Virus record (IMG/VR): IMGVR_UViG_3300044475_000035
Span: 19,189-83,188 of that record
Strand: one strand, 5' to 3'
DNA: 64,000 nt
Source: a virus
Lineage: Duplodnaviria > Caudoviricetes
The notes beneath the pieces are model-generated. The model saw only the letters and a program-made list of their open reading frames with translations, ran no database searches and was not told the origin of the DNA. Numbering within the stretch: the first letter of the stretch is position 1; every line of letters starts with the position of its first letter. Positions 38,330 through 47,292 of this stretch are shown piece by piece. The translations under genes and the position numbers were made by a program.

Positions 38330-38566
38330 CTAATAATATATAAAGTTCGTATTTAGGTTTAAATTACACCATTCTAACAGTTCACGTAAATCTCTAGTTG
38401 AATAATCATAAGCTACACACAACCTATTACTAGGTAAGTAATAGCATTCATACCAAACCTCTCCGTTGATGTATTTAGCTCCTATAGAACAAATAGGGTT
38501 GTACCAAACATAGTGGTTATCCCTATCTTTAAAGTAGGTTATGAAGTTTTCGATGTTTATAAGCAT
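38330..38566 (-). CDS. Hypothetical protein
   Basis: AGGAG RBS; packing. Confidence 0.55.
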   Translation of the reverse strand: MLINIENFITYFKDRDNHYVWYNPICSIGAKYINGEVWYECYYLPSNRLCVAYDYSTRDLRELLEWCNLNLNTNFIYY

Positions 38567-38569
38567 AAT

Positions 38570-38770
38570 TTATTTATACTCTCCTAAAGAAAATTCATTA
38601 ACCATTTCATACCTACCTGAATAGTAACCTTCTAGCACTTCTCTAGCAGTAGAACAGCATTTATCCCATTCACCTTTACTTTTATACCACATTGTAATTT
38701 GTTTACAATTAACCACCTTATACAACCTCTTGTTCTCTGTATTGTAATAGAACTTAATCTGTTGTTTCAT
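38570..38770 (-). CDS. Hypothetical protein
   Basis: RBS; packing. Confidence 0.55.
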   Translation of the reverse strand: MKQQIKFYYNTENKRLYKVVNCKQITMWYKSKGEWDKCCSTAREVLEGYYSGRYEMVNEFSLGEYK

Positions 38771-39047
38771 ACAAATCCCTCTTTACGGCTTGTTCTAATT
38801 CTTGTCTTAATTGTTCTTGTGTTTGTTCATCACCTAAAGGTAACAGTTTGTTTACAGGAAAGTAACCGTAACCAATCCTTTTTAAATTCGCACCCAATAG
38901 TTCAGAGTTGTTTACCAAAAACCAATCTACACCATCACAATATCTGTTTGGATAAAACTCAGTTAATTCTACAGTTAACCCAATATTATTAGGAGATATT
39001 TTTGAACCCAGTGTTAAAGCTAACCCACCAACTTGTAATCTACTCAT
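38754..39047 (-). CDS. Hypothetical protein
   Basis: LQVGGLAL...N.G.TVEL...LLPLGD small phage family pattern. Confidence 0.7.
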   Translation of the reverse strand: MSRLQVGGLALTLGSKISPNNIGLTVELTEFYPNRYCDGVDWFLVNNSELLGANLKRIGYGYFPVNKLLPLGDEQTQEQLRQELEQAVKRDLYETTD

Positions 39048-39052
39048 CTTTA

Positions 39053-39367
39053 TTATTCCTCAAAATTATAGAATTGTTGAGCTAAATGCTCGATTACATT
39101 ATCTTCATCATAACCTAATAAGGTTAAGTTGTCATCGGATAATTCAGGTACAATTGTAATCTTACCAATAAACTTATGGTTGACAAACTCTCCATACAGA
39201 TCATCATAATCTTTAAAGATTTGCATAACACCGTTCCATTTAAAGACTACATATTGTTCTTCGTCTCTATGGTTTAGGTAGTAAAAAGCTATCAAATTAT
39301 CTTTAAAGTCAATGCTATCGAATTGCCAATGATTGTTCTCGTTTATAAAATTAATATCATGTTTCAT
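39053..39367 (-). CDS. Hypothetical protein
   Basis: GGAGAGG RBS; ATGA overlap. Confidence 0.65.
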   Translation of the reverse strand: MKHDINFINENNHWQFDSIDFKDNLIAFYYLNHRDEEQYVVFKWNGVMQIFKDYDDLYGEFVNHKFIGKITIVPELSDDNLTLLGYDEDNVIEHLAQQFYNFEE

Positions 39368-39585
39368 TTTACCTCTCCTCTATTTTCATAATCTTTCCAA
39401 AACCAAACATCACCGACATAATTATCTAAATCATCAAACACTGCTAAATCTGCTTGACCAGTAATTGTTTCATCGAATCTAGCAGGATACCACTCTAAAT
39501 CTGAGTGTCCATACTTACTGATAATTTGTACGAGAATCTCACGACCTTTCGGTGGTGCAATCACTCTTGCATCATATTCATTCAT
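39364..39585 (-). CDS. Hypothetical protein
   Basis: AAAGGAGA RBS after the repeat-borne promoter. Confidence 0.65.
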   Translation of the reverse strand: MNEYDARVIAPPKGREILVQIISKYGHSDLEWYPARFDETITGQADLAVFDDLDNYVGDVWFWKDYENRGEVK

Positions 39586-39831
39586 CTCTGTCTCCTTTGT
39601 ACATCTGTACGTTTATTTAATAATTCAATTATACACACAAAATAAAAGAGAACAACCCTAAAGTCATCCTCTTTGTAATTATTCTTTAAAATAAATATTG
39701 TAACTTTCAAATACTGCTTCTTTAGGAGAGAGATAATTACTCACAACATCTCCATAGATACAAACAAAATTATGGAATTGTAAACAACTAAAACCACCTT
39801 CATCAACTTTGAGGGTTGGTAGTTTCATACC
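39581..39831 (-). repeat. Direct repeat copy 1 (gene 3' half, terminator/promoter and leader)
   Basis: Aligns with 40331-40579; two identical blocks of about 44 bp. Confidence 0.9.
39679..39828 (-). CDS. 49-aa N-truncated paralog of ORF 40427..40678
   Basis: MKLPTLKVDEGGFSCLQFHNFVCIYG...YNIYFKE versus MELPKLKVDEDGFSRLQFHEFVRIYG...YNIYFKE; has its own AAGGAGA RBS. Confidence 0.7.
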   Translation of the reverse strand: MKLPTLKVDEGGFSCLQFHNFVCIYGDVVSNYLSPKEAVFESYNIYFKE

Positions 39832-39838
39832 TGTCTCC

Positions 39839-40156
39839 TTATCTTACTGCTGCTTCTGTGATAATACCTTCACCATAAGGAGAATAAGCTCCATAAGTTT
39901 GTTGTGCGAACTTTGAACACTCATCTACTGTTTCTGCTTGATCGTTACTTGCTGCTGTTAAAGTTTTGATAGATGCAGAAGACTTTATACAATCATTTGT
40001 AGCTGTAATAATCTCTTTAGCGTAAGTTTGACGATTTTTCATAATGTGCTTAGCTTCTAACCTTAGATTGTCTTGGTGTTGTTCTCCTGCGAACCAAGGG
40101 ATTAGAACAATTGCAATACAAATAAACCCTGAAATCCATAAAGGTGCTTTACTCAT
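39839..40156 (-). CDS. Membrane-anchored hypothetical protein
   Basis: N-terminal hydrophobic helix. Confidence 0.65.
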   Translation of the reverse strand: MSKAPLWISGFICIAIVLIPWFAGEQHQDNLRLEAKHIMKNRQTYAKEIITATNDCIKSSASIKTLTAASNDQAETVDECSKFAQQTYGAYSPYGEGIITEAAVR

Positions 40157-40335
40157 TGCACTTCCTCCATCATTCGTAAATCTGAATCTAGCACTTCACA
40201 CCACAATTCACCAGTTTTTTCTAAATTAAACTGACTCCAACGACCAACTTGTCCAACATAGATAAGAATGTCATTTTCATATTTCCACTTGTATTTGTTG
40301 CCAATAATTAGATTTGTTACTGTCAGTTGTTTCAT
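40153..40335 (-). CDS. Hypothetical protein
   Basis: AAAGGAGA RBS. Confidence 0.65.
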   Translation of the reverse strand: MKQLTVTNLIIGNKYKWKYENDILIYVGQVGRWSQFNLEKTGELWCEVLDSDLRMMEEVQ

Positions 40336-40579
40336 CTCTATCTCCTTTGTGCTTCTGCACGTTATTTAATAATTCAATTATACACACAAAATAAAAGAGA
40401 ACAACTAAAAGTCATCCTCTTTGTAATTATTCTTTAAAATAAATATTGTAATCTTCGAATATAGGTTCTCTTGGAGAGAAGTAAGTACTTACAGAATTAC
40501 CATAGATTCTAACAAACTCATGGAATTGCAAACGACTAAATCCGTCTTCATCAACTTTGAGCTTTGGTAATTCCATACC
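40331..40579 (-). repeat. Direct repeat copy 2
   Basis: Aligns with 39581-39831. Confidence 0.9.
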
Positions 40580-40678
40580 GTTAGGTAATTTCTGTTTCAT
40601 ATAGTGATGAAGATACATCTTTATACCTAATTTAGTAGGTTTGAAATATACAAAATCATTCATGTTAAATTTAATCAT
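40427..40678 (-). CDS. Conserved phage hypothetical protein
   Basis: FNMND.V..K.T..G...DEDG....Q..EF..IYG motif. Confidence 0.7.
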   Translation of the reverse strand: MIKFNMNDFVYFKPTKLGIKMYLHHYMKQKLPNGMELPKLKVDEDGFSRLQFHEFVRIYGNSVSTYFSPREPIFEDYNIYFKE

Positions 40679-41030
40679 GGGTTATCTCCAACACCTTTAA
40701 AAAGCTTTCGTGTAAAGCCCCTCCATTAATCAAAACTCTGAAACGCATTTGAAGAAGATCAAGTTGCTTTTGAAGAACATCTCTTTCTTCAAGGTATTTA
40801 CGTTTATCTTCACCATTACTTTGTGCAATCTTTTCCCATCCTTTCATTAAATCTAGTTGCTTTGTTAGTTCTTTAGTCTTTTTACACTCTCGAACATAGA
40901 GATCATCTAAACTTTCTGCAACGAGAATGTATTCATTTAATGTGTGGTTTAATTCGTCAGTTTCATAACTAATTCGATGTTGCCCGTCAATATAACCGTG
41001 ATGGTATCCGTCATCGTATTGATCACTCAT
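40671..41030 (-). CDS. Hypothetical coiled-coil protein
   Basis: AGGAG RBS before MSDQY. Confidence 0.6.
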   Translation of the reverse strand: MSDQYDDGYHHGYIDGQHRISYETDELNHTLNEYILVAESLDDLYVRECKKTKELTKQLDLMKGWEKIAQSNGEDKRKYLEERDVLQKQLDLLQMRFRVLINGGALHESFLKVLEITHD

Positions 41031-41239
41031 TTTGACATCACTCCTACAATACAAGTAGCTCGAAACTCTACATTACGAGTTGTACTACTACCTTTAACCT
41101 CTTTACCAACATAAGCTTTCTTATTAAGTATACATTGTTGCATATTAGCTTGTGGAATCATTTGTGATGTGGGTGCAGGACTGTTAGTATTCATCACTAA
41201 AACTAAATAAACTACGTTTAACACTTCACTTCTTCCCAA
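41027..41239 (-). CDS. Hypothetical protein
   Basis: Packing; the true start is probably slightly downstream. Confidence 0.5.
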   Translation of the reverse strand: MGRSEVLNVVYLVLVMNTNSPAPTSQMIPQANMQQCILNKKAYVGKEVKGSSTTRNVEFRATCIVGVMSK

Positions 41240-41412
41240 TCTCCGCCATTTAGATGGAATGTATCACTAAACAATGTGTAAATTTCACTTCCTTCATCGT
41301 CTTCAATATTAAACCCAAAACTATCATAATCTAATTCTACAACTTCATACTCTTTACCATAAGTTAAATATTCTACCAACTCACCGTTATAACTTTTAAT
41401 CTTGACTTTCAT
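41218..41412 (-). CDS. Hypothetical SH3-like phage protein
   Basis: YLT.GKEYEV...I.DD.G...HLNGG.WE motif. Confidence 0.7.
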   Translation of the reverse strand: MKVKIKSYNGELVEYLTYGKEYEVVELDYDSFGFNIEDDEGSEIYTLFSDTFHLNGGDWEEVKC

Positions 41413-41579
41413 TTCACCATCTCCATAAATTGCTCCATTGTTGTTTTGTCAAAAGTGTAGCATATAGACTTTTGACCGCTCGTTATCCAAACACATATAC
41501 CCTTACCACCATGTCTTTCAGGATGTACACATTCAATAAATATTGTGTTTAAAATCTTATCTTCAATACGAATAAACAT
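41409..41579 (-). CDS. Hypothetical protein
   Basis: Packing. Confidence 0.55.
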   Translation of the reverse strand: MFIRIEDKILNTIFIECVHPERHGGKGICVWITSGQKSICYTFDKTTMEQFMEMVK

Positions 41580-41580
41580 T

Positions 41581-41895
41581 TTACATCCCCTTTTCAACAG
41601 CCAATTGATTGATTACTTCAAACACTTCGTTAGCTTTGATACTCTGTGCATTGAAATAATACCAAAGTTTCTTTAACATGATTGTTTCTAATTCACTGTA
41701 CTCTATTTCAGTTATCTCTTTACCTTTTGTTGTGTAAAGTATCTCAGCTTTACTGAAATTTAGAGATAAAACATAACGCATTTCACCATTGCACATTTGA
41801 TATTGTAATAGTTTAAAAACGTTGTAAAATTCCCAACTATACGAATCTGATAAGTAGCTGTAAGTTGGTTCTGATTTCAGTAAAATAAAACTCAT
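41581..41895 (-). CDS. Hypothetical protein
   Basis: AAGGAGA RBS. Confidence 0.6.
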   Translation of the reverse strand: MSFILLKSEPTYSYLSDSYSWEFYNVFKLLQYQMCNGEMRYVLSLNFSKAEILYTTKGKEITEIEYSELETIMLKKLWYYFNAQSIKANEVFEVINQLAVEKGM

Positions 41896-41906
41896 TTCAT
41901 ATCTCC

Positions 41907-42173
41907 TTATTTCAAAATAATACGTTTACAACGAAACTCTGTAACTGACGACAATCTAAATGATTTGTAACTTTTAGATTCCATATCGAATACACAAAGT
42001 AGGTTAGGGTTATTACGAACTATTGTACGTTTGTTTGGTTTACGAGATAAGAAACGTTTAATGTTTGTCTTAGCTAATAGTGTACGTTCTGTTCCATCTG
42101 CTTTAATGAAACGTATAGTCATAGTAGTTGAATGACTAGAGTTAATTGCTTGTCTTAATTGCTCGATGTTCAT
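41907..42173 (-). CDS. WYL-like/SH3 beta-barrel phage protein
   Basis: F.KADGTER.L...VFD.E...YKSFRL..V motif. Confidence 0.7.
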   Translation of the reverse strand: MNIEQLRQAINSSHSTTMTIRFIKADGTERTLLAKTNIKRFLSRKPNKRTIVRNNPNLLCVFDMESKSYKSFRLSSVTEFRCKRIILK

Positions 42174-42277
42174 GTAAATCTCCTTTAGTTAATACCTAAC
42201 TAACATTGTGTGTATAAAACAAATATACGGATACTAAAAAGAGAATGCAAGGGTTTTCAAGCATTCTCTTAAATTAA

Positions 42278-42784
42278 TTATGTACCACTACTGCCGAAAC
42301 CGCCATCTCCACGTTCTGTCTCAGATAATTCTTGTACTTCGACCAAACTCACTCTAGGGTAAGGTAAGATAATTAACTGACCAATACGATCACCAATGTC
42401 ATAGTCCCCTATGTCCGACTCTTGCACCGAAACTCTCCAATGCTTATCGTCTTCTAAACCTTCATAGTTTTCATTAATATCGTATGAAGGTTTTGTTGGT
42501 ACAAACTTAAATGTAACTTCACCCCGATAACCTGAATCAACTACACCTACACTATTGCTTAAACTCAAATCTTTCTTTGAAACACTAGAACGAGGGAATA
42601 TTAACCCTACATACCCATCAGGAATTTCAAAAGCTAAACCTGTACCGTAGCAAATATTTCCATTTTCATCAAAATACTTTTCTGTAGCTGTTAAATCTAA
42701 TCCTGCGTCACCATATTTTGCATAAGTTGGAATGACAGCATCTTTGTGTAACTTCTTAACCTTTACGTTCAGTGCTTGTAACAT
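42278..42784 (-). CDS. dut: Trimeric dUTPase
   Basis: AGLDL, PRSS, GVVDSGYRGE, GDRIGQL and RGDGGFGSSG motifs. Confidence 0.95.
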   Translation of the reverse strand: MLQALNVKVKKLHKDAVIPTYAKYGDAGLDLTATEKYFDENGNICYGTGLAFEIPDGYVGLIFPRSSVSKKDLSLSNSVGVVDSGYRGEVTFKFVPTKPSYDINENYEGLEDDKHWRVSVQESDIGDYDIGDRIGQLIILPYPRVSLVEVQELSETERGDGGFGSSGT

Positions 42785-42800
42785 CTTTGTTTCTCCTTAA

Positions 42801-43019
42801 TTAATAATCGAAATCTAGTTTAATAGTAATACCTAAATCTTGTTCAAGCATAATCTTGTAGTGACTCTCAGAGTATTGTTCTTCGTATTTGTACCCAAAT
42901 AAGTTCGCAATATCGTCTAGCAAATCACCAATTAAAGGTGAACAACGTACTACACCATTAATATCACAAGAGAACTTATTGAGTTCATCTTCCCATTCAA
43001 TTGTAAATTCTGTTTGCAT
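42801..43019 (-). CDS. Hypothetical protein
   Basis: GGAG RBS before MQTEF. Confidence 0.55.
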   Translation of the reverse strand: MQTEFTIEWEDELNKFSCDINGVVRCSPLIGDLLDDIANLFGYKYEEQYSESHYKIMLEQDLGITIKLDFDY

Positions 43020-43062
43020 TCTATTACTCCAAAAAAGTCGAATCAAATCGGAATGTAATCCC

Positions 43063-43260
43063 TCAATCTTTCTCTAAAACATCCATATATTCCATGTCTG
43101 TGTAGATAGTCTTAGGGTGATATTCATATAACTTAGCTATGTGGTTTAAGATTTGACAAATGTAATCAGCAGATATAACCTTTCGACCTATCGTAACTAA
43201 TAAAGCATCTGTAAACTTATCATAACCAATAACGTATTCCGTTTGTGCAGGTTTACCCAC
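43063..43260 (-). CDS. Hypothetical protein
   Basis: AAAGGAGA RBS, GTG start, upstream TTGACA-18-TATAAT promoter. Confidence 0.6.
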   Translation of the reverse strand: MGKPAQTEYVIGYDKFTDALLVTIGRKVISADYICQILNHIAKLYEYHPKTIYTDMEYMDVLEKD

Positions 43261-43418
43261 AACAATCTCCTTTGTACAACTAAGTACGTTTATTTGATGA
43301 AGTGATTATAGAACTTTCTTTAACTACATGTCAATACGATATCGAAGTATTTGTTGAATTATTTGTATTACTTAAATTACAGATAATAAAAAACACCAAC
43401 CGAAGTCAGTGCTGTTGT

Positions 43419-45071
43419 TTAGTTACTCAAAACTTCTTCAAGACAAGGGAAATGTTTGAGTAATTCCGACTTAACCTTACGAGCAACATCTACAACTTCT
43501 TTCTGAGCAATACCTTCATCATCACGAACTTGTACAAAATGAATAAAACTGCGAACAGAACCTTGCATGTACATCTTACTCATTGTTAATCCTTCAGGAA
43601 GCAATGTACGAGCAACTTCTTTTGCAATACCAATATCTAAAGCGTGTTGGTAATTTTTCTCAGCAACTTCAAGAAGCTCTTGCTGCATAACTTTCCAAAC
43701 ATGAGCTGTATCTTCATCAAAGCATTCCAAACTGTTCTGACGATTTTTAGTGTCTTGTAGTCGGCACTCACGTTTAATAAACTCTGTAGATTGTGCATAT
43801 CGTTGACTATTGTGAGTGATAATACCGTTTGCCACATAGTTATGAGAGTCATGATCAATCTCTAAGTCATAAGTTTCTTTTTCACCAACATAAGTGATCG
43901 AAACAACCTTATGCCAACTTGCAGTTAAGTATCGTTCAGATGACTCTTTTGCTGATTTATTTAAATGCTCTTTACGAGAAAGCAATTGAATGTTGTTTTC
44001 ATCGTATGCTAACTCAGGATATTTAGATACAGGTAAGATGTGATCAATTTCTAAATCATCTTCATTACATACCTCTCCTGAAATAGCACACACAGAACCC
44101 AACTTCTTAACTAAAAAGTTTTTACGTTTGTACCAATAATCTCGCACCTCTTTAGAAAAAGATCGTGGTTTTCCGTTAGTAAAAAAGTTACTATCCTCAC
44201 CACAACGAGCAGAGTTTTTCATTTTCAACCGTGTTCCCTCTGAAACAACCTTTCCGAAACGTGGTTGCATCTCAGAATCTAAACCTTTATTCCATATCGT
44301 TGTGTACATGGCAACTTGCTTCTTAGTAAACTGTAAATTATGCTTCTTTAACCATTTACGTATTGTGTGGGTGCTAACGCCTGCCTTATTGGCAATGCCC
44401 TCTAACCCTGTACCATTCTCAATTGCTTCAAACTTAGCTTCAGCTAACCACTGTTGCATCTGATAAACAGGAACTCCGTTACAGCCTAAAAAGTCTTTTG
44501 TCGTTATCTCTGACAACATTTTAAAACCATCTTTAGTCAGGAATTTGTGTTCCATTGTAGATTCAATCTTACGACCATTATCCAGCAACAACGCATAAAC
44601 AGGTTTAACTCCTGTTTTAAATACCTCTTTAATTGGTGCTGAAATCAAAGTTTTAGTTTTTTCATCAAAAACCCTTACAAGGTTTTCAGACATATTCCAA
44701 TATTGATCGCTTGTGAATCGCTTATACAAAGCTTCAATACTTATTTTTTTAACCTTACTACCAACCACTGTTGAGATTTTAGTCCCTTCTGCTACACAGA
44801 ACTCTTGGAATGAGAAGCTACGGTGACGTAGAATCTGACGAGCAATGTCTCGTGGAGTTTCTATTTCCATAGTAATAGAGCATGTTTCAAATACAGAGTA
44901 ATGTTTATGTTTCACACAATATGTTAGCAACTTACCTGCTGTCTCAAAGTTCTCTTGGTTGTTTGGAGAACTTACTCTTGCAGCATAGCTTAAAATACCT
45001 TCTGCATCAGGGATAAAATCAACTACAGGTTGTGTAACACCAATCACTCGCACTTTATTAAAATCAAACAA
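43419..45071 (-). CDS. thyX: Flavin-dependent thymidylate synthase ThyX containing an intein
   Basis: AARVS, H.SVFE, RHRSFSFQEF/SQRY (split by the intein), KEVAR.LLP and AQ.E motifs. Confidence 0.93.
   Translation of the reverse strand: MFDFNKVRVIGVTQPVVDFIPDAEGILSYAARVSSPNNQENFETAGKLLTYCVKHKHYSVFETCSITMEIETPRDIARQILRHRSFSFQEFCVAEGTKISTVVGSKVKKISIEALYKRFTSDQYWNMSENLVRVFDEKTKTLISAPIKEVFKTGVKPVYALLLDNGRKIESTMEHKFLTKDGFKMLSEITTKDFLGCNGVPVYQMQQWLAEAKFEAIENGTGLEGIANKAGVSTHTIRKWLKKHNLQFTKKQVAMYTTIWNKGLDSEMQPRFGKVVSEGTRLKMKNSARCGEDSNFFTNGKPRSFSKEVRDYWYKRKNFLVKKLGSVCAISGEVCNEDDLEIDHILPVSKYPELAYDENNIQLLSRKEHLNKSAKESSERYLTASWHKVVSITYVGEKETYDLEIDHDSHNYVANGIITHNSQRYAQSTEFIKRECRLQDTKNRQNSLECFDEDTAHVWKVMQQELLEVAEKNYQHALDIGIAKEVARTLLPEGLTMSKMYMQGSVRSFIHFVQVRDDEGIAQKEVVDVARKVKSELLKHFPCLEEVLSN
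43809..44798 (-). mobile_element. 330-aa intein with an HNH endonuclease domain
   Basis: Starts CVAEGT, block B ST.EHKFLT, ends TYDLEI...HNYVANGIITHN/S; internal EIDHILP...NIQLL...H. Confidence 0.92.
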
Positions 45072-45249
45072 CTTTCTTCTCCCCTAATTTATTTAACAAA
45101 TCTTCTTGTGCTTGCTCATAAAACAATTCAAACATTGGTTTAAACTCAGCAAATCCTGTACTCATTATTGCACCAAACTCTCCAAACTTTTTATCATTTG
45201 CTTGTTTGACACCTTCAAAACATTCTTTCCAACGTTGTTCAAAATTCAT
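45064..45249 (-). CDS. Hypothetical protein
   Basis: AGGAG RBS. Confidence 0.6.
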   Translation of the reverse strand: MNFEQRWKECFEGVKQANDKKFGEFGAIMSTGFAEFKPMFELFYEQAQEDLLNKLGEKKVV

Positions 45250-45258
45250 AACTTACTC

Positions 45259-45477
45259 CTAATGCGAGAACACTTCATTTAGATCAATATCTAAAATATC
45301 TAATAACTTACCATCTTTCTCAACTTTCACTGTCATTGAAACACTAGGTTTCTTACTTACAGGGTTTAAGAACGTCTTAGTTTTAGTATAAACTAATGGT
45401 AGTTTATTATCGTTATATTCTCCAACTTCAAAACGTTTAACTAAACCATCTTCGTCTTCTACATTAAAAATACTCAT
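45259..45477 (-). CDS. Hypothetical protein
   Basis: AAGGAGA RBS. Confidence 0.65.
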   Translation of the reverse strand: MSIFNVEDEDGLVKRFEVGEYNDNKLPLVYTKTKTFLNPVSKKPSVSMTVKVEKDGKLLDILDIDLNEVFSH

Positions 45478-45496
45478 AACTTCTCCTTAATTACTT

Positions 45497-45769
45497 TTAA
45501 ATCTCTGACCAAGATAAACTTGATTGAGCTGCTTTAAATATCTGTACAACATCTGTATGTACAATTTCATCTTTATCTGACAAATAAACACTACATGTTC
45601 TGTTTGGTGGTGTTACGTTTACAAGTAAGTGACTACCATTAGAACAAGCAATTAAAATATTAGCACCTTTCATCTTACTAAAATCAACAAGAATTGGAAT
45701 AAAACCTAATGTTGTTTGTATAGATGATGATTTGAAGTATGTATTATTCATAACTATAACACTCATCAA
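45497..45769 (-). CDS. Hypothetical protein
   Basis: ORF packing. Confidence 0.5.
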   Translation of the reverse strand: MMSVIVMNNTYFKSSSIQTTLGFIPILVDFSKMKGANILIACSNGSHLLVNVTPPNRTCSVYLSDKDEIVHTDVVQIFKAAQSSLSWSEI

Positions 45770-46018
45770 TTAAGTCTTTATGTGCATAAAAGCATTATCA
45801 TAATCGTATAACTGGTCTTTGTCATCGTTATTCATAAAAGTATTGCCTTTCTGCATACGAAGTTTACGAAAAGCTTTCGATTGCTTTTTAAGTTGCTTAG
45901 CATTTACATTGTGTTGTTGATTGTAAGTTTTCATTTCTATTCCTTTAAAGGTAGTATCTGATTTGTTAGATCAAGAATACTACCTTTGTTATTAGGTTGT
46001 CAATACCTTATTTAGTAT

Positions 46019-47245
46019 TTATAACTTCTCTAATTCAGATTGTAATTCTTGAATTTCAGAATCTAAAACCTCTCGTTCTTTCTGTTTAGAAGCTAACTTC
46101 TCTTTTATCTCTTTTTGTTTACGTGGTAAGAAATACTCATCGAACAATTCAATCTGTTTCTCACCAACATCAAACTTTGTTCCATCAAAGGTTGTTATAT
46201 CTCCAAAAGTTTCATGTAAAAAACTCCAAAGACTGTAACCATAAATACCTATAGAAGCTCCTCCAACTGCCGTGATACTGATTAAATCACCTAACTTGAC
46301 TTCACTTTCATGACCATCAACAACAATCTTAATCTTATCATCAGGGTTCATTAAACGATAATCTTGAGGTGTTCTTAGGGTTTGTGTTGGTTGTTCAGTA
46401 ACATCTGTTTGGTTTTGTGTTTTCATAAAATCTTCATATTCTCCTAAATAGGTTAAAAAGTTTAGGCGTACATAATACCCTGTAAGGGAGGTGCTTATAA
46501 GGGCGGTACTTAAGTTCTTACCATGTTCTGATAAAGGTTTAAACGCAGGTGACATGCTGTCATCATCGTAATATAGAACAACAATTTCATTGTGTGTTAA
46601 TTGGTGGGCAGAACCAAGTTCACCATTATATCGAAACACAGAATCTTTAGTATAGCCTTTCTGTTCAAAAGGTGTTTTATATTCTTCTGTTTCTACTTCG
46701 TCTAATTGCACTTCAATCATTTTCACTTCTTTCTCCTTTGTTTCAGTAGGTAATTTTTCAATATCTTTAAAGTTAAAAGCCCACCCATCATGTTTGTCCA
46801 AGTATTCTGCACTACCAGCTTCGTTTGATCTTAAATTAGTTATACGAACTTTCTCTCCGATATCAAAACCGTGATTGCAAGTATTACCTACAATCTTCAC
46901 GATTTCACCTACTTCATAGGTTGGTGTAGTAGTGCGTTGCAATACAACCTCTTTAGATTCAACCCATTCATCATAAGTTGTAAATAATAAATTATTATCT
47001 TCATCTAAAAGACCTTCTTTAATCCCGTCTAAAGCTACAACTTCTAACTGTTCACAATCTTCTTCTGACATATCAGGTAAGTACATGTACCGCCGTGTTT
47101 CATCGTCCTTATCCGTAAAATGAGGACAACACGATTCATCATCGTAATGTAGAGTTAGTAGTGTTCCAATAGGATAGTAATCTTCATTATTAATGACTTT
47201 AAACACTGTATTTTGTGTATAACCTGCTTCTGTAAAATAACTCAT
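46019..47245 (-). CDS. Multidomain hypothetical protein with an internal duplication
   Basis: AAAGGAGA RBS; GYT..SVF...L.YDD.S..P.F domain occurs twice; C-terminal coiled coil. Confidence 0.7.
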   Translation of the reverse strand: MSYFTEAGYTQNTVFKVINNEDYYPIGTLLTLHYDDESCCPHFTDKDDETRRYMYLPDMSEEDCEQLEVVALDGIKEGLLDEDNNLLFTTYDEWVESKEVVLQRTTTPTYEVGEIVKIVGNTCNHGFDIGEKVRITNLRSNEAGSAEYLDKHDGWAFNFKDIEKLPTETKEKEVKMIEVQLDEVETEEYKTPFEQKGYTKDSVFRYNGELGSAHQLTHNEIVVLYYDDDSMSPAFKPLSEHGKNLSTALISTSLTGYYVRLNFLTYLGEYEDFMKTQNQTDVTEQPTQTLRTPQDYRLMNPDDKIKIVVDGHESEVKLGDLISITAVGGASIGIYGYSLWSFLHETFGDITTFDGTKFDVGEKQIELFDEYFLPRKQKEIKEKLASKQKEREVLDSEIQELQSELEKL

Positions 47246-47292
47246 TTGTATATCTCCTTTGTCCTTAGACTGTGTGTTTAGATTAGTAAGTA

